Source of the DNA: Eledone cirrhosa
Taxonomy: Eukaryota
DNA length: 64,000 nt
NCBI GenBank assembly: GCA_964016885.1
Contig: OZ024758.1
Location: 13,826,001-13,890,000 of the forward strand
Direction: 5' to 3'
Under the pieces are notes generated by a model. That model saw nothing but the letters and a program-made list of their open reading frames with translations, was not told the DNA's origin and searched no databases. A program made the translations under genes and the position numbers. Position 1 is the stretch's first letter; every line of letters begins with the position of its first letter. Positions 1 to 14,440 of the stretch are shown here, in pieces.

Positions 1-1894
1 AAATATCCAAATATAAAATTGTGTGTTTATGAAACACAGGAAGACTGTGTATGTGTATATCTGTGTGATGTGTGTGTGTATGTGTGTTTCTGTGTGTGTA
101 TTTCTGTGTGATGTGTATGTGTATTTCTGTGTGATGTGTATGTGTAGTTATGTGTAATGTTTGTGTATGTGTAGTTATGTGTGATGTGTGTGTGTATTTC
201 TGTGTGATGTGTAATTTGAATAAAAGCTTTTGTCATTGCAAACTTTATATGTATATTATTTTCTTCTTCATGTGGGATTAAGTTAGGATCAAATAAGAAC
301 CTTAACAGATTTCTTTCTAAACAAACTGATAAAACAACATTATTTTCTATTTAGAATACATTCAATTTTTGACATGTGTCAAAGAGAAATGTAATAATTG
401 ACCAATTGGTTGTATTAATACAAATAATCAAGGATATATTTATTGGAAGATTCTTTACTATTTCTCTAATATTTAGAAATATTTAGAAAATTGTTGGTTC
501 TGATTTTAATGAGGAAAAAAACCAAAACCAAACCAAACCAAATCAAAATTCAGAAATATTTAAAAACAAAATGAAAAGCTCAAGTGTTGGTTTCTCTTGT
601 TAGATTGTTAAAATATTTCATTAAAAAATGTTATTAGAAAACTGAAATTTAATTTGAATTTTATATAACTGTAGCTGTCATTTCTACTTGTTTCTTGTTT
701 TCTTTCTTTATCAGGTATTTTGTTGATTTTTTTAAATTATTTGTTTATTGTGTTTTTTTAAATTATTTGTTTATGTGTTTTTTTTATTTGTTTATTGTTA
801 GTTGTTGGTTGTTTTTTTTTTTTTGTTTAACATTTTTTTTGTGTCCAAAGCATCTGCAATAATTGAGAATTTGTCTGCAGTGACACTCTTGAAGTCTGGT
901 CAAATATAACATCTCGTTTTGTTTATATTCTTCAGTTAGAATGATTTCTGCAGGGGTGGGTGTTGCTTCTTTTTTTTATTATGAGAAAGAGTACATAGAA
1001 GGAAGTTGTAAAACTGACCTGGATTCAGAAAGGTCATCATCATCATCATTTTCATTGTCCATCATCATCATCATCATCATTATCATCATCACCGCCATCA
1101 TCATCATTTTTGTTGTTTTTTATATCCACTTTTCTGGCATGGGTTGGAAGGGATGTTTTGAGATAATGTTTGCTGGTGCCAACCCTGTTAGTTGCCTCTT
1201 AATACATGCAGGGATATTGTGTACCTATTCTAGTGGTGTTAGTAGTAGTAGTAGTAGCAGCAGCAACAATAGTAATGGTAGTAGTAGTAGTGACAGTAAT
1301 AATAGTTGTAGTGCTGATAGTAGTAGCGGCGGTGGTGATGGTGGTGGTAGTAGCAGCAGTAGTGGTAGTAGTAGTGATTGTAGTAGTAGTAGTAGTAGTA
1401 GTCATTGTCGTAGTAGTGGTAGTGGTGGTAGTAGTAGTAGTAGCATCATCATCATCATCAGTAGTAGTAGTAGCATCAGCAGCAGTAGCATCATTAGTAG
1501 TAGTAGTATTACTGTTGCTACAATAAGGGTCAAAGAAGTGTACTGCAACGTGTGTGTGTGTGTGTGTGTATGTGTGTGTATATGTAGTGGCTGGAGGGGA
1601 AGGGAGATAATTACAGATGTCTGAAACTGATTGATGAAGACACGAAAGTATTTAAGCATGAAATAGAGAAATTAGTTGCATGCAAGTGAGTCCCAGTTTA
1701 AATAAGTTTATATTTGTGTCGCCAGGATGTGAAAGTAGAAATATTATTATTTCTGTGGAGACGACTGTATGAGGAGTTTTTAAAGCTAAGAAGAAACAAA
1801 CCTCTTCACTTTGCATGGATTGGCAAGAATCGGTAGAGCGTCAGCATAGAGTTACGGCCCTTTACGTTCTGAGTTGAAATCTCGCTGGTCTTAA

Positions 1895-2100
1895 CGTCAG
1901 GAGCGATCAACTCTACTGGTGTGAACATATGATATGAAACAGGGATCAGGAATGATCAACTCTACTGGTCTGAACAGCAGGTGAGATCAACTCTACTGGT
2001 CTTAACAGCAGGAGAGATCAACTCTACTGGTCTTAACTTCAGGAGAGATCAACTCTACTGGTCTTAACTTCAGGAGAGATCAACTCTACTGGTCTGAACA
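1895..2100. repeat. ~32-bp minisatellite
   Basis: caggagagatcaactctactggtcttaac repeated ~6x. Confidence 0.9.
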
Positions 2101-2861
2101 TATGATATGAAACAGATACACCGCGTACTAAAACATTTCCATATTGTAATGCAGAAGTTACTTGAAACAGATAAATATCAAAGAAATTTTGGGGAAGAAA
2201 TGAGAATGTTGAACGGTAGACATCTTAGATGAGTTGATGATGATGATGAAGGGGTGGTAATATGACATAGAAGAAGGATTATACATACATATGCACATAC
2301 GTACATACATACGCACTTGCAGACACACACACACACACACACACCTATATGTGTGTGTGATTATGAAAGCACTCGGTTTGTAACTGCAACTTTTTACAAC
2401 CATCTTTAGTAGAATGTCTTGGCTCAGATATCTGGCAGGAGTGTAACCATCACATGACTTGCTGAATGTAATATAAAGCTGCTAATAAACCAATATTGCA
2501 TGGGAAAGACATGGGGTGGGGTGGGGGGGTGATGGACCGGAGAGGGGCTGATGATGACCGGGGAGTGGGGTGGAGGGGACCGGGCTGTTAGAGCTGACAC
2601 ATTTTAGCAAGGTAAAAATATTCCATAAAATTACATGTAACAATATTACCAAATAGTTTTCATATGTGAAATACATGTATAATAATACCTTTAATATATT
2701 AATATGCTTGAAGAATGTTTAGTTTTGCAGAAAAATAATATTGGCGCTGTAATCCCAAATAGTTTTGGCAAACTATAGAGGAACCAATTTTGTGACCAGT
2801 TTCAAGATGGCTTCTTGAATTCTTGTTATTCAAACTACTTGAATATTACTTCTTTTTGTTT

Positions 2862-2897
<36 letters not shown>

Positions 2898-2965
2898 AAT
2901 ATGTATATATATATATGTATATATATATGAATATGTATATGTATGTATGTATGTGTATATATATG

Positions 2966-3000
<35 letters not shown>

Positions 3001-3105
3001 GTATATATATATATTTATATATATGAATATGTATGTATGTGTATATATATATATGAATATGTATGTATGTGTATGTATATATGTATATATATGAATATGT
3101 ATATA

Positions 3106-3168
<63 letters not shown>

Positions 3169-3457
3169 ATATATGTATGTATGTATGTGTATATATGTAT
3201 GTATGTATGTGTATATATGTATGTATGTATGTGTATATATGTATGTATGTATGTGTATATATATATATGTATGTGTATATATATATATGTATGTATGTGT
3301 ATATATATATGTATGTATGTGTATATATATATATATATGTATGTGTATATATATATATATATGTATGTGTATATATATATATGTATGTATGTATGTGTAT
3401 ATATATATGTATGTATGTGTATATATATATATATGTATGTATGTGTATATATATGTG

Positions 3458-3500
<43 letters not shown>

Positions 3501-3883
3501 TTTAATATATATTCTTCTGTTCTTTGAAATATATATGATAGTTACTTCTGTTTGCTGCTAGCAATGAGGAATTTATTATTTTGTTTAGTGTGTGTGTGTG
3601 TCTGTGTGTTGGTAGTGTGGTGGTGGTGTGTGTGTGTGTGTGTGTATGTGTTGGTAGTGTGGTGGTGTGTGTGTTGGTAAGGATGGGGCGGTGGGGGTCT
3701 TTTTCTTTTCTTAAGATAGAAATACTGAATGTTTATTGATGTTAAAACTGATTTCAGTAAAGAGATCTGTTTAACTACCGAGGAATGTTCCTTTCGAGGA
3801 ACTATAGTTTTGTAAAATAGCTATCTTAGTTTCTAAACAATGTCTGCTATTTCATTAGACTTTCATTATATCTTTAAACCACA

Positions 3884-4318
3884 TGGATTGGCAGCATAGA
3901 GTTACGGTTCTTTATATTCTGAGTTCAAATCCCGCCGAGGCTAGCTTTGCATTTCATCCTTACAGGGTTGATAAAATAAAGTACCAGTAATGCAGTGGGG
4001 TAATTGCTGACCTTGTGCCAAAAGTAGAAACAATTATTATTATTATTATTATTATTATTATAAGAGCGGTGGATTGGCAGTATCGGTAGAGGGTCGGACG
4101 TCATCCTTTGACAAATAGTTACGGCCCTTGCCATTCTGAGTTCAAATCCCGCCGAGGTTAACTTTGCCTTTCATCCTTACGGGGTCGATAAAATAAAGCA
4201 CCAGTAATGCACTGGGGTCGATAACATAAAGTACCAGTAATGCACTGGGGTCAATTTAATCGATTTTCCCCTCCCCGCCAAATTTCTGGCCTTGTGCCTA
4301 TAATAGAAATCATTATTT
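3884..4318 (+). mobile_element. Two tandem tRNA-derived SINEs with a Meta-like domain
   Basis: A box TGGCAGTATCGG, B box GAGTTCAAATCC, gcctttcatccttacggggtcgataaaataaagtaccag (resembles the MetaSINE domain), (ATT)n tail. Confidence 0.85.
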
Positions 4319-4964
4319 GAAAAAAAAAAAATAAATTTGAGATATTATTTTCTAAATATGCTTTTGTTTATTTGTTTCATTTATTTCCTAATATTGATTT
4401 ATTCCAACAGAGGAGATTGAACTTTAAGCATTGTTTTTCCTGTTCCCACAAAATGTCTTGAATGAACTTTGCATATCATGTAAATGAAATAAGTATTAGT
4501 TTCAACAATGGTTTCACCACATCATGGTCTAAAGTATAAAGTCTGTCTTAAGCCAGAAGGCTCGTTAGGCCGGTGCTTATCCGAGTTTCATGGCATGAAG
4601 CAACTGATAGTATAAGACTTCCCCCTGGACAGTACGCCAGTCCATCACAGGGTTAAACCTCCAGCTGGTGCTAATTTTTCGGCAGTGGCAAAAACGGAAA
4701 AATTTCTTTTGGAGAAAAATAAGTTCCATTCATGTTGCCATCACTGTAAACACACACATATATAAATACGTATATTAGTGTCTGCAGTTCTGTTTACATG
4801 CCATCACAAGACCAATAATGAGGGGCTCATTCTACTGACATTGCTTAAAAGAGGCTGTTTGCATAATTGCAAATGAATCGAATATTATTATTAATATTCA
4901 AAAAACTCATATTACATTTATATATATATAGTAATAAATAAATAAATATATATATATATATATA

Positions 4965-5119
4965 TAAATGTGGTTGGTGTTAGGAAGGGCATCCAACTGT
5001 AGAAAACCCGCCAGACAGTCCTATGCGAGCAAGACAAACACTCTTGTCTCAAGTGGGAAAACCCCCGTCCAAACCCATGCAAGCGTGGAACACGGACGTT
5101 AAACGTTGATGATGATGAT
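4965..5119 (+). mobile_element. RTE 3'UTR fragment (subfamily of the 15.8-kb element) in (TA)n
   Basis: Near-identical to 19150-19314; (GAT)n tail joins ATAT. Confidence 0.9.
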
Positions 5120-5193
5120 ATATATACAATGATATTAAATAAATGGAAACATTTATATTTGTTGTATTTCCAACAAATTAAATATCCCTTCTA

Positions 5194-5233
<40 letters not shown>

Positions 5234-5295
5234 TAGAAGGGATATTTAATTTGTTGGAAATACAACAAATATAAATGTTTCCATTTATTTAATAT

Positions 5296-5337
<42 letters not shown>

Positions 5338-5607
5338 TTATTACTATATATATATATATATATGTGTGTGTGTCAAGATAGCACTAGTTGAACTTGGCTA
5401 TTGAGAGTTAAATGTCTTGGCTAGCAACATCACAGATTAGCAACAATGTCGTATAAACCTCTAATCTCTTGTCTGATTCTTTCTTATCCAATCAATCAAT
5501 CATCTGTGCACTCCTTTAGTTCAATTGGGAAATCAAAATTCTAAGACTTTTTAATATATCATAATTGTTATTCCCTAAAGAAATGTTTTGCTGATGTTCC
5601 TTGATTA

Positions 5608-7236
5608 TGTTACTATCTCACTATATACTCTATAGCTCCTATAACTGTTACTATCTCACTATATACTCTATAACTCCAGTAACTGTTACTATATCACTAT
5701 ATACTCTGTAGTTCCTATAACTGTTACTATCTCACTATATACTCTATAACTCCAGTAACTGTTACTATATCACTATATACTCTATAGCTCCTATAACTGT
5801 TACTATATCACTATATACTCTATAGCTCCTATAACTGTTACTATCTCACTATATACTCTATAGCTCCTATAACTGTTATTATCTCACTATATACTCTATA
5901 ACCCCAGTAACTGTTACTATATCACTATATACTCTATAGCTCCTATAACTGTTACTATATCACTATATACTCTATAGCTCCTATAACTGTTACTATCTCA
6001 CTATATACTCTATAGCTCCTATAACTGTTACTATATACTCTGTAGTTCCTATAACTGTTACTATCTCACTATATACTCTATAGCTCCTATAACTGTTACT
6101 ATATACTCTGTAGTTCCTATAACTGTTACTATATCACTATATACTCTATAGCGCCTATAACTGTTACTATATCACTATATACTCTGTAACTCCAGTAACT
6201 GTTACTATATCACTATATACTATGTAACTCCAGTAACTGTTACTATATCACTATATACTCTATAGCTCCTATAACTGTTACTATCTCACTATATACTCTA
6301 TAGCTCCTATAACTGTTATTATCTCACTATATACTCTATAGCTCCTATAACTGTTACTATCTCACTATATACTCTGTAGCTCCTATAACTGTTATTATCT
6401 CACTATATACTCTGTAGCTCCTATAACTGTTACTATATCACTATATACTCTGTAGTTCCTATAACTGTTACTATATCACTATATACTCTATAGCTCCAGT
6501 AACTGTTACTATATCACTATATACTCTATAGCTCCTATAACTGTTACTATGTCACTATATACTCTATAGCTCCTATAACTGTTACTATATCACTATATAC
6601 TCTATAGCTCCTATAACTGTTACTATATCACTATATACTCTGTAGTTCCTATAACTGTTACTATATCACTATATACTCTATAGCTCCAGTAACTGTTACT
6701 ATATCACTATATACTCTATAGCTCCAGTAACTGTTACTATATCACTATATACTCTGTAGTTCCTATAACTGTTACTATATCACTATATACTCTATAGCTC
6801 CAGTAACTGTTACTATATCACTATATACTCTATAGCTCCAGTAACTGTTACTATATCACTATATACTCTATAGCTCCTATAACTGTTACTATCTCACTAT
6901 ATACTCTATAGCTCCTATAACTGTTACTATATCACTATATACTCTATAGCTCCTATAACTGTTACTATATCACTATATACTCTATAGCTCCAGTAACTGT
7001 TACTATATCACTATATACTCTATAGCTCCAGTAACTGTTACTATATCACTATATACTCTGTAACTCCAGTAACTGTTACTATATCACTATATACTCTATA
7101 GTTCCTATAACTGTTACTATATCACTATATACTCTATAGCTCCTATAACTGTTACTATATCACTATATACTCTGTAGTTCCTATAACTGTTACTATCTCA
7201 CTATATACTCTGTAATTCCAGTAATTGCTACTATCA
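5608..7236. repeat. 38-bp minisatellite (~43 units)
   Basis: tgttactatatcactatatactctatagctcctataac. Confidence 0.97.
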
Positions 7237-8854
7237 CCAATGTCGAAAGTAAAACTCTCAAACAACAATGTTACATTAGCATACTTTCAAAATACAATAC
7301 ATCAAGGCTCTTTACCGAAAAGTGACTACATTTGCTGCTTTAGTCATCTTCATTTGCTGCTTTAGTCATCTTCATTAGATTGGTAGAATTCTCTCAGAAG
7401 CCTTTCTTCCAAGAACCTTTTGATAATATCTTATTAGAAGTATGCTTCGTTCTTTGGCGACTAATTACAGTCACAGTACATATAAGAAACAGAAAGTACC
7501 TACTTCACTTAGTTAAATATATGGATAATTGTGGTGTTGGTTAGTCTGCAATATACTTGTGAGAAATGTATGATAGCCATGTACATCTTTTTTGTGTTAA
7601 TGTACGTCCCTAGAAATATGTGTGAGTGTGTATATTTGTGTGTATATATGTATTTGTATGAAAATATGTTTGTGTATGTGCATATATATATATATGTATG
7701 TGTATGGAAATATGTTTGTTTATGTGTCTATGTGTGTGTGTATTTGCTTGCTACTGTTGCTACCACTTCCACTTACTACCATTACCACTGTTACTTCCAC
7801 CCTTAAACTATACCTTTCCTCTTACCCCAGGGACGTGATACTAAGCAAGGGTTTGTCTTTCCTCTTGCTCCCTGGTTAGAGTGTTTGTCTGTTTTGTTTT
7901 GTTGCCTGCTGCACTAAAGTATGTAGTCCTCTCTTTCTTGTGCGAAATCACAAGGCCGGATGAGAGCTGATGAGGTTACGACATGTCTGTGCATTGGTAC
8001 ATGTTGTGTAACTTATGTAACTTTGATCTCCATTATTTTCCTTTTTATTCTCCTTTCCTTATCACTCCTCTTTGCCAACATACCCCTCTCTTAATCATTT
8101 CTACGTTTCACCCACCCAGCCTCACAACTTTCTCTCTCTCTCTTTCTTAGCTCCTCCTTCTCATGACTACAACTTCTGAAAGATATGGAAATCATTTCTC
8201 CATAGCAGTCACTTTCCACTATTTTCTGTCCTTAGGGGTATTTTTACCTGACTTCCATGTTATTATTATTGATAGTATTTGACTCTTTTAACAGTTATTT
8301 CTCGCATTTGAGTTTCCCACTTTCCCCTGAACTTTAGAATAAACAGTTTTGTAACATGAATCTAAGCCAGTTTCAGGCAATTTGGTATGAAAAGAGTTAA
8401 AGATCTATCAATCTGTATTACATATATGTATAGCTGATTCTTTCACTTCTTAAAAAAATGTCCTCAATAGTTCTTCATCTATAATAAAATTTTCATGCTA
8501 TAAAAATATGATTTATTTCCTCATACTATCAAACATTCTTTTTTTTTTTATATTTCTTCTTTCATTGATCTTTTTTTATGTCTTCTATTTGATTCTTTAA
8601 TAAAACATTTTCCACAAATGCAGAGAGATATTATAGGAGAGGTTCTTGAGAGTGGTGCATGTCTGATATGATGAGTTCAATAGCCAAGTTCTGTGAAATC
8701 ATATGAACTTAGTAAATCTCTCTGATCGATCGACAAGATCCCAGACCTCATTCGCTTGCCGAGTGGGGTGAACCTTGTCAAATTGGACCAAGGAAGCACT
8801 GTTTCCATTGCTCTTTCCATTGTTGATACTATCTACCAGTCATAACTCCTGGCA

Positions 8855-9032
8855 GAATGTGTTTGGTGTTAGAAAGGACATCCAGCTGTAGAAACCAAGT
8901 CGGAAATTGTTCCGTATGAGCAAGACACTGACATCTGATCTGACTTGGCTCACAACGTCAGGACAACTCGTCTAACCCATGCTAACATGGAACAATAGAG
9001 ATTAAATGCTGATGCTGCTGATAATGATGATG
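8855..9032 (+). mobile_element. Old RTE/SINE 3' tail fragment
   Basis: ggtgttagaaaggacatccagctgtagaaa...ctaacccatgct..(GAT)n. Confidence 0.75.
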
Positions 9033-9492
9033 AATCACAGTGGAAATAAAGTAAAATTCTAAGAAGCAGTATATATGTAGCATTTAGTCATAAACCAGAC
9101 AGTAATCCCCCAGCAGTAATTTCATTTCAATTGAGATGCCATTACTCGAAAATTAGAGTTAAATAGCCTGCAGAGGCACTATATGTAAATGTTGCAGTGA
9201 AATAATGTATTAAGACATTAATGCTGTGTATTTACAAACAAAGGTTTCAAGTTAAAACCTAGCCTAGAACAATTTTATATATATTCAACTGATTCAAACA
9301 TTGTGTAAATAGAAATATGGATATGGTGAGATAAATCAGTCCTGAAGATTTAAATCATTTTAATAATTCATTTAATAACCCTTTAATAACCCTTTAATAA
9401 CCCTTTAATAATTCATTTAATAACCCTTTAAATATAAAACTGCCTGAAACTACTCATAGTTCTACGATAGAAAGCTATTTATTATTCTAAAG

Positions 9493-9955
9493 TCATCATC
9501 ATCACTGTTTTACATCCATTCTTCCATGCTAGCATGGGTTAGATGAGTTGTCCCCTGTTGTGGGCAATGCCAGGTCTAGTGACCATGTCTTGCTCATACA
9601 GAACTGATTCTGGCTTGGATGCCCTTCCTATTTCCTAAATAGCTGTTGAGATGGCAGGAGCTCAGCCGTCGGGGTCCCGATTCCTTCATATTATATCATC
9701 ATCACCATTTTACATCTATTCTTTCATGCTAGCATGGGTTAGACTGGTTGTCCTGTTGTGGGCAATGCCTGGTCGGCTGACCTTGTCTTACTCATACGGA
9801 AACTGATTCTGGCTTGATTTCTACAGCTGGATGCCCTTCCTAACACGAACCTTATTTACAGTGAGTACTGGGTGCTTTTTTTGCCATGGCACCTACAAGC
9901 CCACTTTACAGTGTGGACTGGGTGCTTTTTTTCGTGCCTGCCACCTCCATGACCA
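9493..9955 (-). mobile_element. Two RTE 3'UTR fragments (second-subfamily type)
   Basis: (ATC)n starts at ~9493 and ~9696; reverse complement of the 25290-25548 tail. Confidence 0.8.
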
Positions 9956-9971
9956 TGTGGGAGGGTGAGGG

Positions 9972-10016
<45 letters not shown>

Positions 10017-10459
10017 CAAAATAAGATGCTGAGGTTACATAGATCATTTAATCATTATAATGATTAAACGAACCTCAGCATCTTATTTTGTTATTTTTAT
10101 AAAAATCTCCATTGTAGCTAAAAACTACGATTGTTGAGAGTTTTCACCCCTTCTGAACAAATATATATATATATATATATATAGTTGAAGCTGGTAGGGA
10201 ATTCAGTGTAGTATATTTTTTCTACCCCCTGCCATGACATGACACAAAAGTGTGTAAGAATTTCAATGAGTCTGAATATGTCATTAATTACCCAATTACT
10301 GTCATTTACTTTATATCTACAGCACCAACTCTTGTCATTGACATCACTTGGCAATGATTCCCTCTCCGTGGGAAACTGGATTCAATTATCACCCAATTCA
10401 GACTATTTCTTTTCTTTGCAACTTTCACCATTAATCACTCTACTTCTACCCTGGTTTAA

Positions 10460-11338
10460 CTCTTTAACATTTACATTACTCTATATATACTATTGTATTT
10501 TCACAGTAAAGGCTTTACCTCACATAATATCTCACATAACATTTACATTACTCTATATATACTATTGTATTTTCACAGTAAAGGCTTTATCTCACATAAT
10601 ATCTCACATAACATTTACATTACTCTATATATACTATTGTATTTTCACAGTAAAAGCTTTACCTCACATAAGATCTCACATGACATTTACATTACTCTAT
10701 ATATACTATTGTATTTTCACAGTAAAGGCTTTACCGCACATAATATCTCACATAACATTTACATTACTCTATATATACTATTGTATTTTCACAGTAAAGG
10801 CTTTACCTCACATAATATCTCACATGACATTTACATTACTCTATATATACTATTGTATTTTCACAGTAAAGGCTTTACCTCACATAATATCTCACATAAC
10901 ATTTACATTACTCTATATATACTATTGTATTTTCACAGTAAAGGCTTTACCTCACATAATATCTCACATAACATTTACATTACTCTATATATACTATTGT
11001 ATTTTCACAGTAAAGGCTTTACCTCACATAATATCTCGCATAACATTTACATTACTCTATATATACTATTGTATTTTCACAGTAAAGGCTTAACCTCACA
11101 TAATATCTCGCATAACATTTACATTACTCTATATATACTATTGTATTTTCACAGTAAAGGCTTTACCTCACATAATATCTCACATAACATTTACATTACT
11201 CTATATATACTATTGTATTTTCACAGTAAAGGCTTTACCTCACATAATATCTCACATAACATTTACAGTACTCTATATATACTATTGTATTTTCACAGTA
11301 AAGGCTTTACCTCACATAATATCTACATTACTCTATAT
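10460..11338. repeat. 72-bp minisatellite derived from the piggyBac-type MITE (~12 units)
   Basis: The unit catttacattactctatatatactattgtattttcacagtaaaggctttacctcacataatatctcacataa equals the MITE subterminal region; the array starts at a TTAA-CTCTTTAACAT terminus. Confidence 0.93.
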
Positions 11339-12386
11339 TAAAGACACTGTCTATGTCTTTAACCCTTTCATTACCATATTTCTAATGAAAGGGTTAAAGA
11401 CATAATCAGTGTCTTTCACTAGAAATATGGTAATGAAAGGGTTAACAATACTTGATTGAAAGTTTGTTAATTCCTATCTCTAATGTCTATCAGTGTCTTT
11501 AGTCAAGATATCACACCATCATTCTCATCGCTTTAGTGGCCATCTTTTTCTCACACTAACATCGACTGGATCAGATCGACATGGAAGGAATCAGTTATCA
11601 GTAGAACATATTGTCACTTATGTCACTCCTCTGTCATATTGTCATCTCTCTCGATAAACATCCTCACATCTCATTTCACCTATTTTAACTCACATCTTAT
11701 TTTTTTTCTCCTCATTTGTCAAGGTCGATTTCAATTATCAGTTTACACACACACACACACACAGACACACACACACACACACTCAGACATTCACTGGCAC
11801 ACATGCACACACACACACATGCATATACATTCAAACATTCACTAGCACACACACTCACATACATATACAACACACATGCACTCAGACATGCATAGGTACA
11901 CGTGCACTCACACACTTGCATGCACATCTACACATACATATGCACACATACACTCATACACATGCACATACACATGTGCATATAAACAAATGCACACATA
12001 CACATGCATATATACACACACACCAAAAGTCACTGCACTATTGAAAATAACTGTACATACATATAAAGAAAGTTGCAATATATTGTATATCCATATGGAG
12101 GATATATTTTCTTGATTTTATTTAATATCTTCAATTATGATTGATTCAATAATCAGAAATATGATAGAAAATCTAAGTAGGTTTTATTTGGCTTATTCCA
12201 ATGTTTTATTTTACATTTTTGGTTCAATAAGCTCTTTATATTTTATATTTTTTGGTTCAATTAGCTTTTTATATTTTATATTTTATATTTTTGGGGTAAA
12301 ATTAACTTTTTATGTTTTCTTTTCTTTTCATCTTTGAATATTCATCTCATGAATTTATGATTGGATTAAACATAAACGTCCTTATA

Positions 12387-12872
12387 TTACTTCTACTTCT
12401 TCTTCTTCTTGGCCTACTTATTCCTGAGTGGGTTGTGGGAGCAGAGTCCTCAAACACTCCTTCCAGCAGGTCCTGTCAGAAGCAGCCATTTCCAACTGAT
12501 CCAAGTGTGACCAGCCAAGCTCATGGATGTTATCCAAGCATCTTGCTTGGGGTCTACCCCTGGGTCTCCTGCTAGTTGGTTTTGTCTGTAAAATCTGTCC
12601 AGTGATTCTTTCCTGAGACATTCTAACCACATGTCCATAGTATTGGAGCTGTGATCTCTCAATTCGGAGAAGTAGCAGCTCTACCTGGAATGACTCTCTG
12701 ATCTTTGAGCTACAAATATGTCCAACAATTCTTTCCTGATACATTGTAACCACAGGTCGATAGTATCGGAGCTGGGATCTCTCAATTTGGAGAAGTAGTG
12801 GCTCTACCCGAAGTGACTCTCTGATCTCCGAGTTACGCACTCTATCGAGTAACGTTACTCCAAAAATCCTTC
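12387..12872 (-). mobile_element. Degraded 3' fragment of a different RTE family, with internal duplication and (AAG)n-like tail
   Basis: Translation RNSEIRESLRVEPLLLQIERSQL..YYGHVVRM..RRPRGRP is an RTE C-terminus. The EIRES..ERSQL segment occurs twice. Confidence 0.8.
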
Positions 12873-13531
12873 TGATATTAAAATATGATAATTTTTATAT
12901 TGATTTTCTTTAGTAATACTAAATACATGGATTAAATGTGAGAGGTTAAAAATCAATAATTGGAATCTTGAAGAGATAATTACGCCATGTTTATTGAGTT
13001 ATGGAATATCTTCAATTATTTAGACGTGTATTTTCTTTATCAAGAGTGGAACAATATTTTGGTAATGAGGAAAATTAATCACAGATCCTCGAATCTTTAA
13101 CTAGAATATAGTAATGTAAGAATGACTATAGTAAATATTTTGACAGAAGTACTTATCTGTGTGCGTGTGTATGTGTGTATGTATATTTGTATGTATGTAT
13201 GTATGGTAATGGTAGGTATAGAGTTATAAGATAAGATTAATTTCTTGTAAAATCTATGGCGCCTTCTCTATCACTTCTTATTTACCTTAGTTTATATCGG
13301 TTAAACATTTGATACCAAACTACTTTAAACTGCCCCTGGTTTTCATGTAAGAACCTTTGTTGAGTTAGTTTCTAAACAACTGTTTAACTCTTTATCATTC
13401 AAACTGATTAAGATTAATCAAGGTAGTTGATTAATCTTAATCATTTTGATTAAGATTGACCAACTATTTTGATTAAGATTAATCAACTATCTTAATCATT
13501 TAACATCTCAGGGTATGTGATGTATCATTTT

Positions 13532-13584
13532 ATTTTATCTGATGAGGACGTACTGTTGTACCTCTGAAATATGTATAATAAAAT
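13532..13584 (+). ncRNA. Minimal type I hammerhead ribozyme motif
   Basis: ATTTTAT-CTGATGA-[GGACGTAC tgtt GTACCTCT]-GAAA-T atgt A-TA/ATAAAAT: 7-bp stem I, 8-position stem II with one mismatch, minimal stem III. Confidence 0.75.
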
Positions 13585-13724
13585 GTTATTGATCACAGGA
13601 ATATCTATTTTATTAATATTTGTATTTTAATATTAATAACTCTGGAAAATATTTACTGTAGAGTGCTTCCAATCTACTGTAAAACTCATTCTTTGATGTA
13701 CTCATTGAATCTTGTTTAACTCTT

Positions 13725-13766
<42 letters not shown>

Positions 13767-14257
13767 GTCTGTCTCTCTGCCTGTGTGTACATGCATGTTG
13801 TATATACTTTATGTACTAATTAAATGACTTTGTATACTGCATTTGCTTGTTAAAACAGAGTCGATGATAAAAACAAGTTTTATCTTCTCTACTTCTTAAT
13901 CTGAGCAGCCAGTCTCTAGATTATTTATTTATACAGGGTATAAAATATCTTTGGTGAATGTTTTTGAAACTGGAAGCAAGGTAGAAGGAATGTGTCTTTA
14001 GAAAGTTCTAGAATGTTAACAACTTTCTCAATCTGCTGTCAATGTTTCTAAAAGTTTCTAGTAAGTTTAAGATAAACAACATTTATAAGTTTATATCTTC
14101 AATCCTAGCAAAACCGGTGAATCAGAATTAATTTGTGTATGTATGTATGTATATATATGTGTGTTTGTACGTGTCATTGTGTGCGTGTATATGTTTGTGT
14201 GTGTGTGTGTCTGTGTGCGCATATATATATATACATGTATGTGTGTGTGTGTATGCA

Positions 14258-14288
<31 letters not shown>

Positions 14289-14305
14289 GTGTGTGCATAT
14301 ATATA

Positions 14306-14336
<31 letters not shown>

Positions 14337-14440
14337 GTGTGTGCATATATATATGTGTGTGTGTATATGTATATGTGTGTGTGTATATGTGTGTGTGTAT
14401 GTATATATATATATATGCATATATATGTATATATATATAT

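Noticed and set aside
7948-7995. Hammerhead-like ctgatga...gacatgtc
   Set aside because: GAAA is missing and stem II cannot be formed; too degenerate to call.
10239-11341. 284/282-aa ORFs with 24-aa repeats
   Set aside because: Product of the 72-bp MITE-derived satellite.
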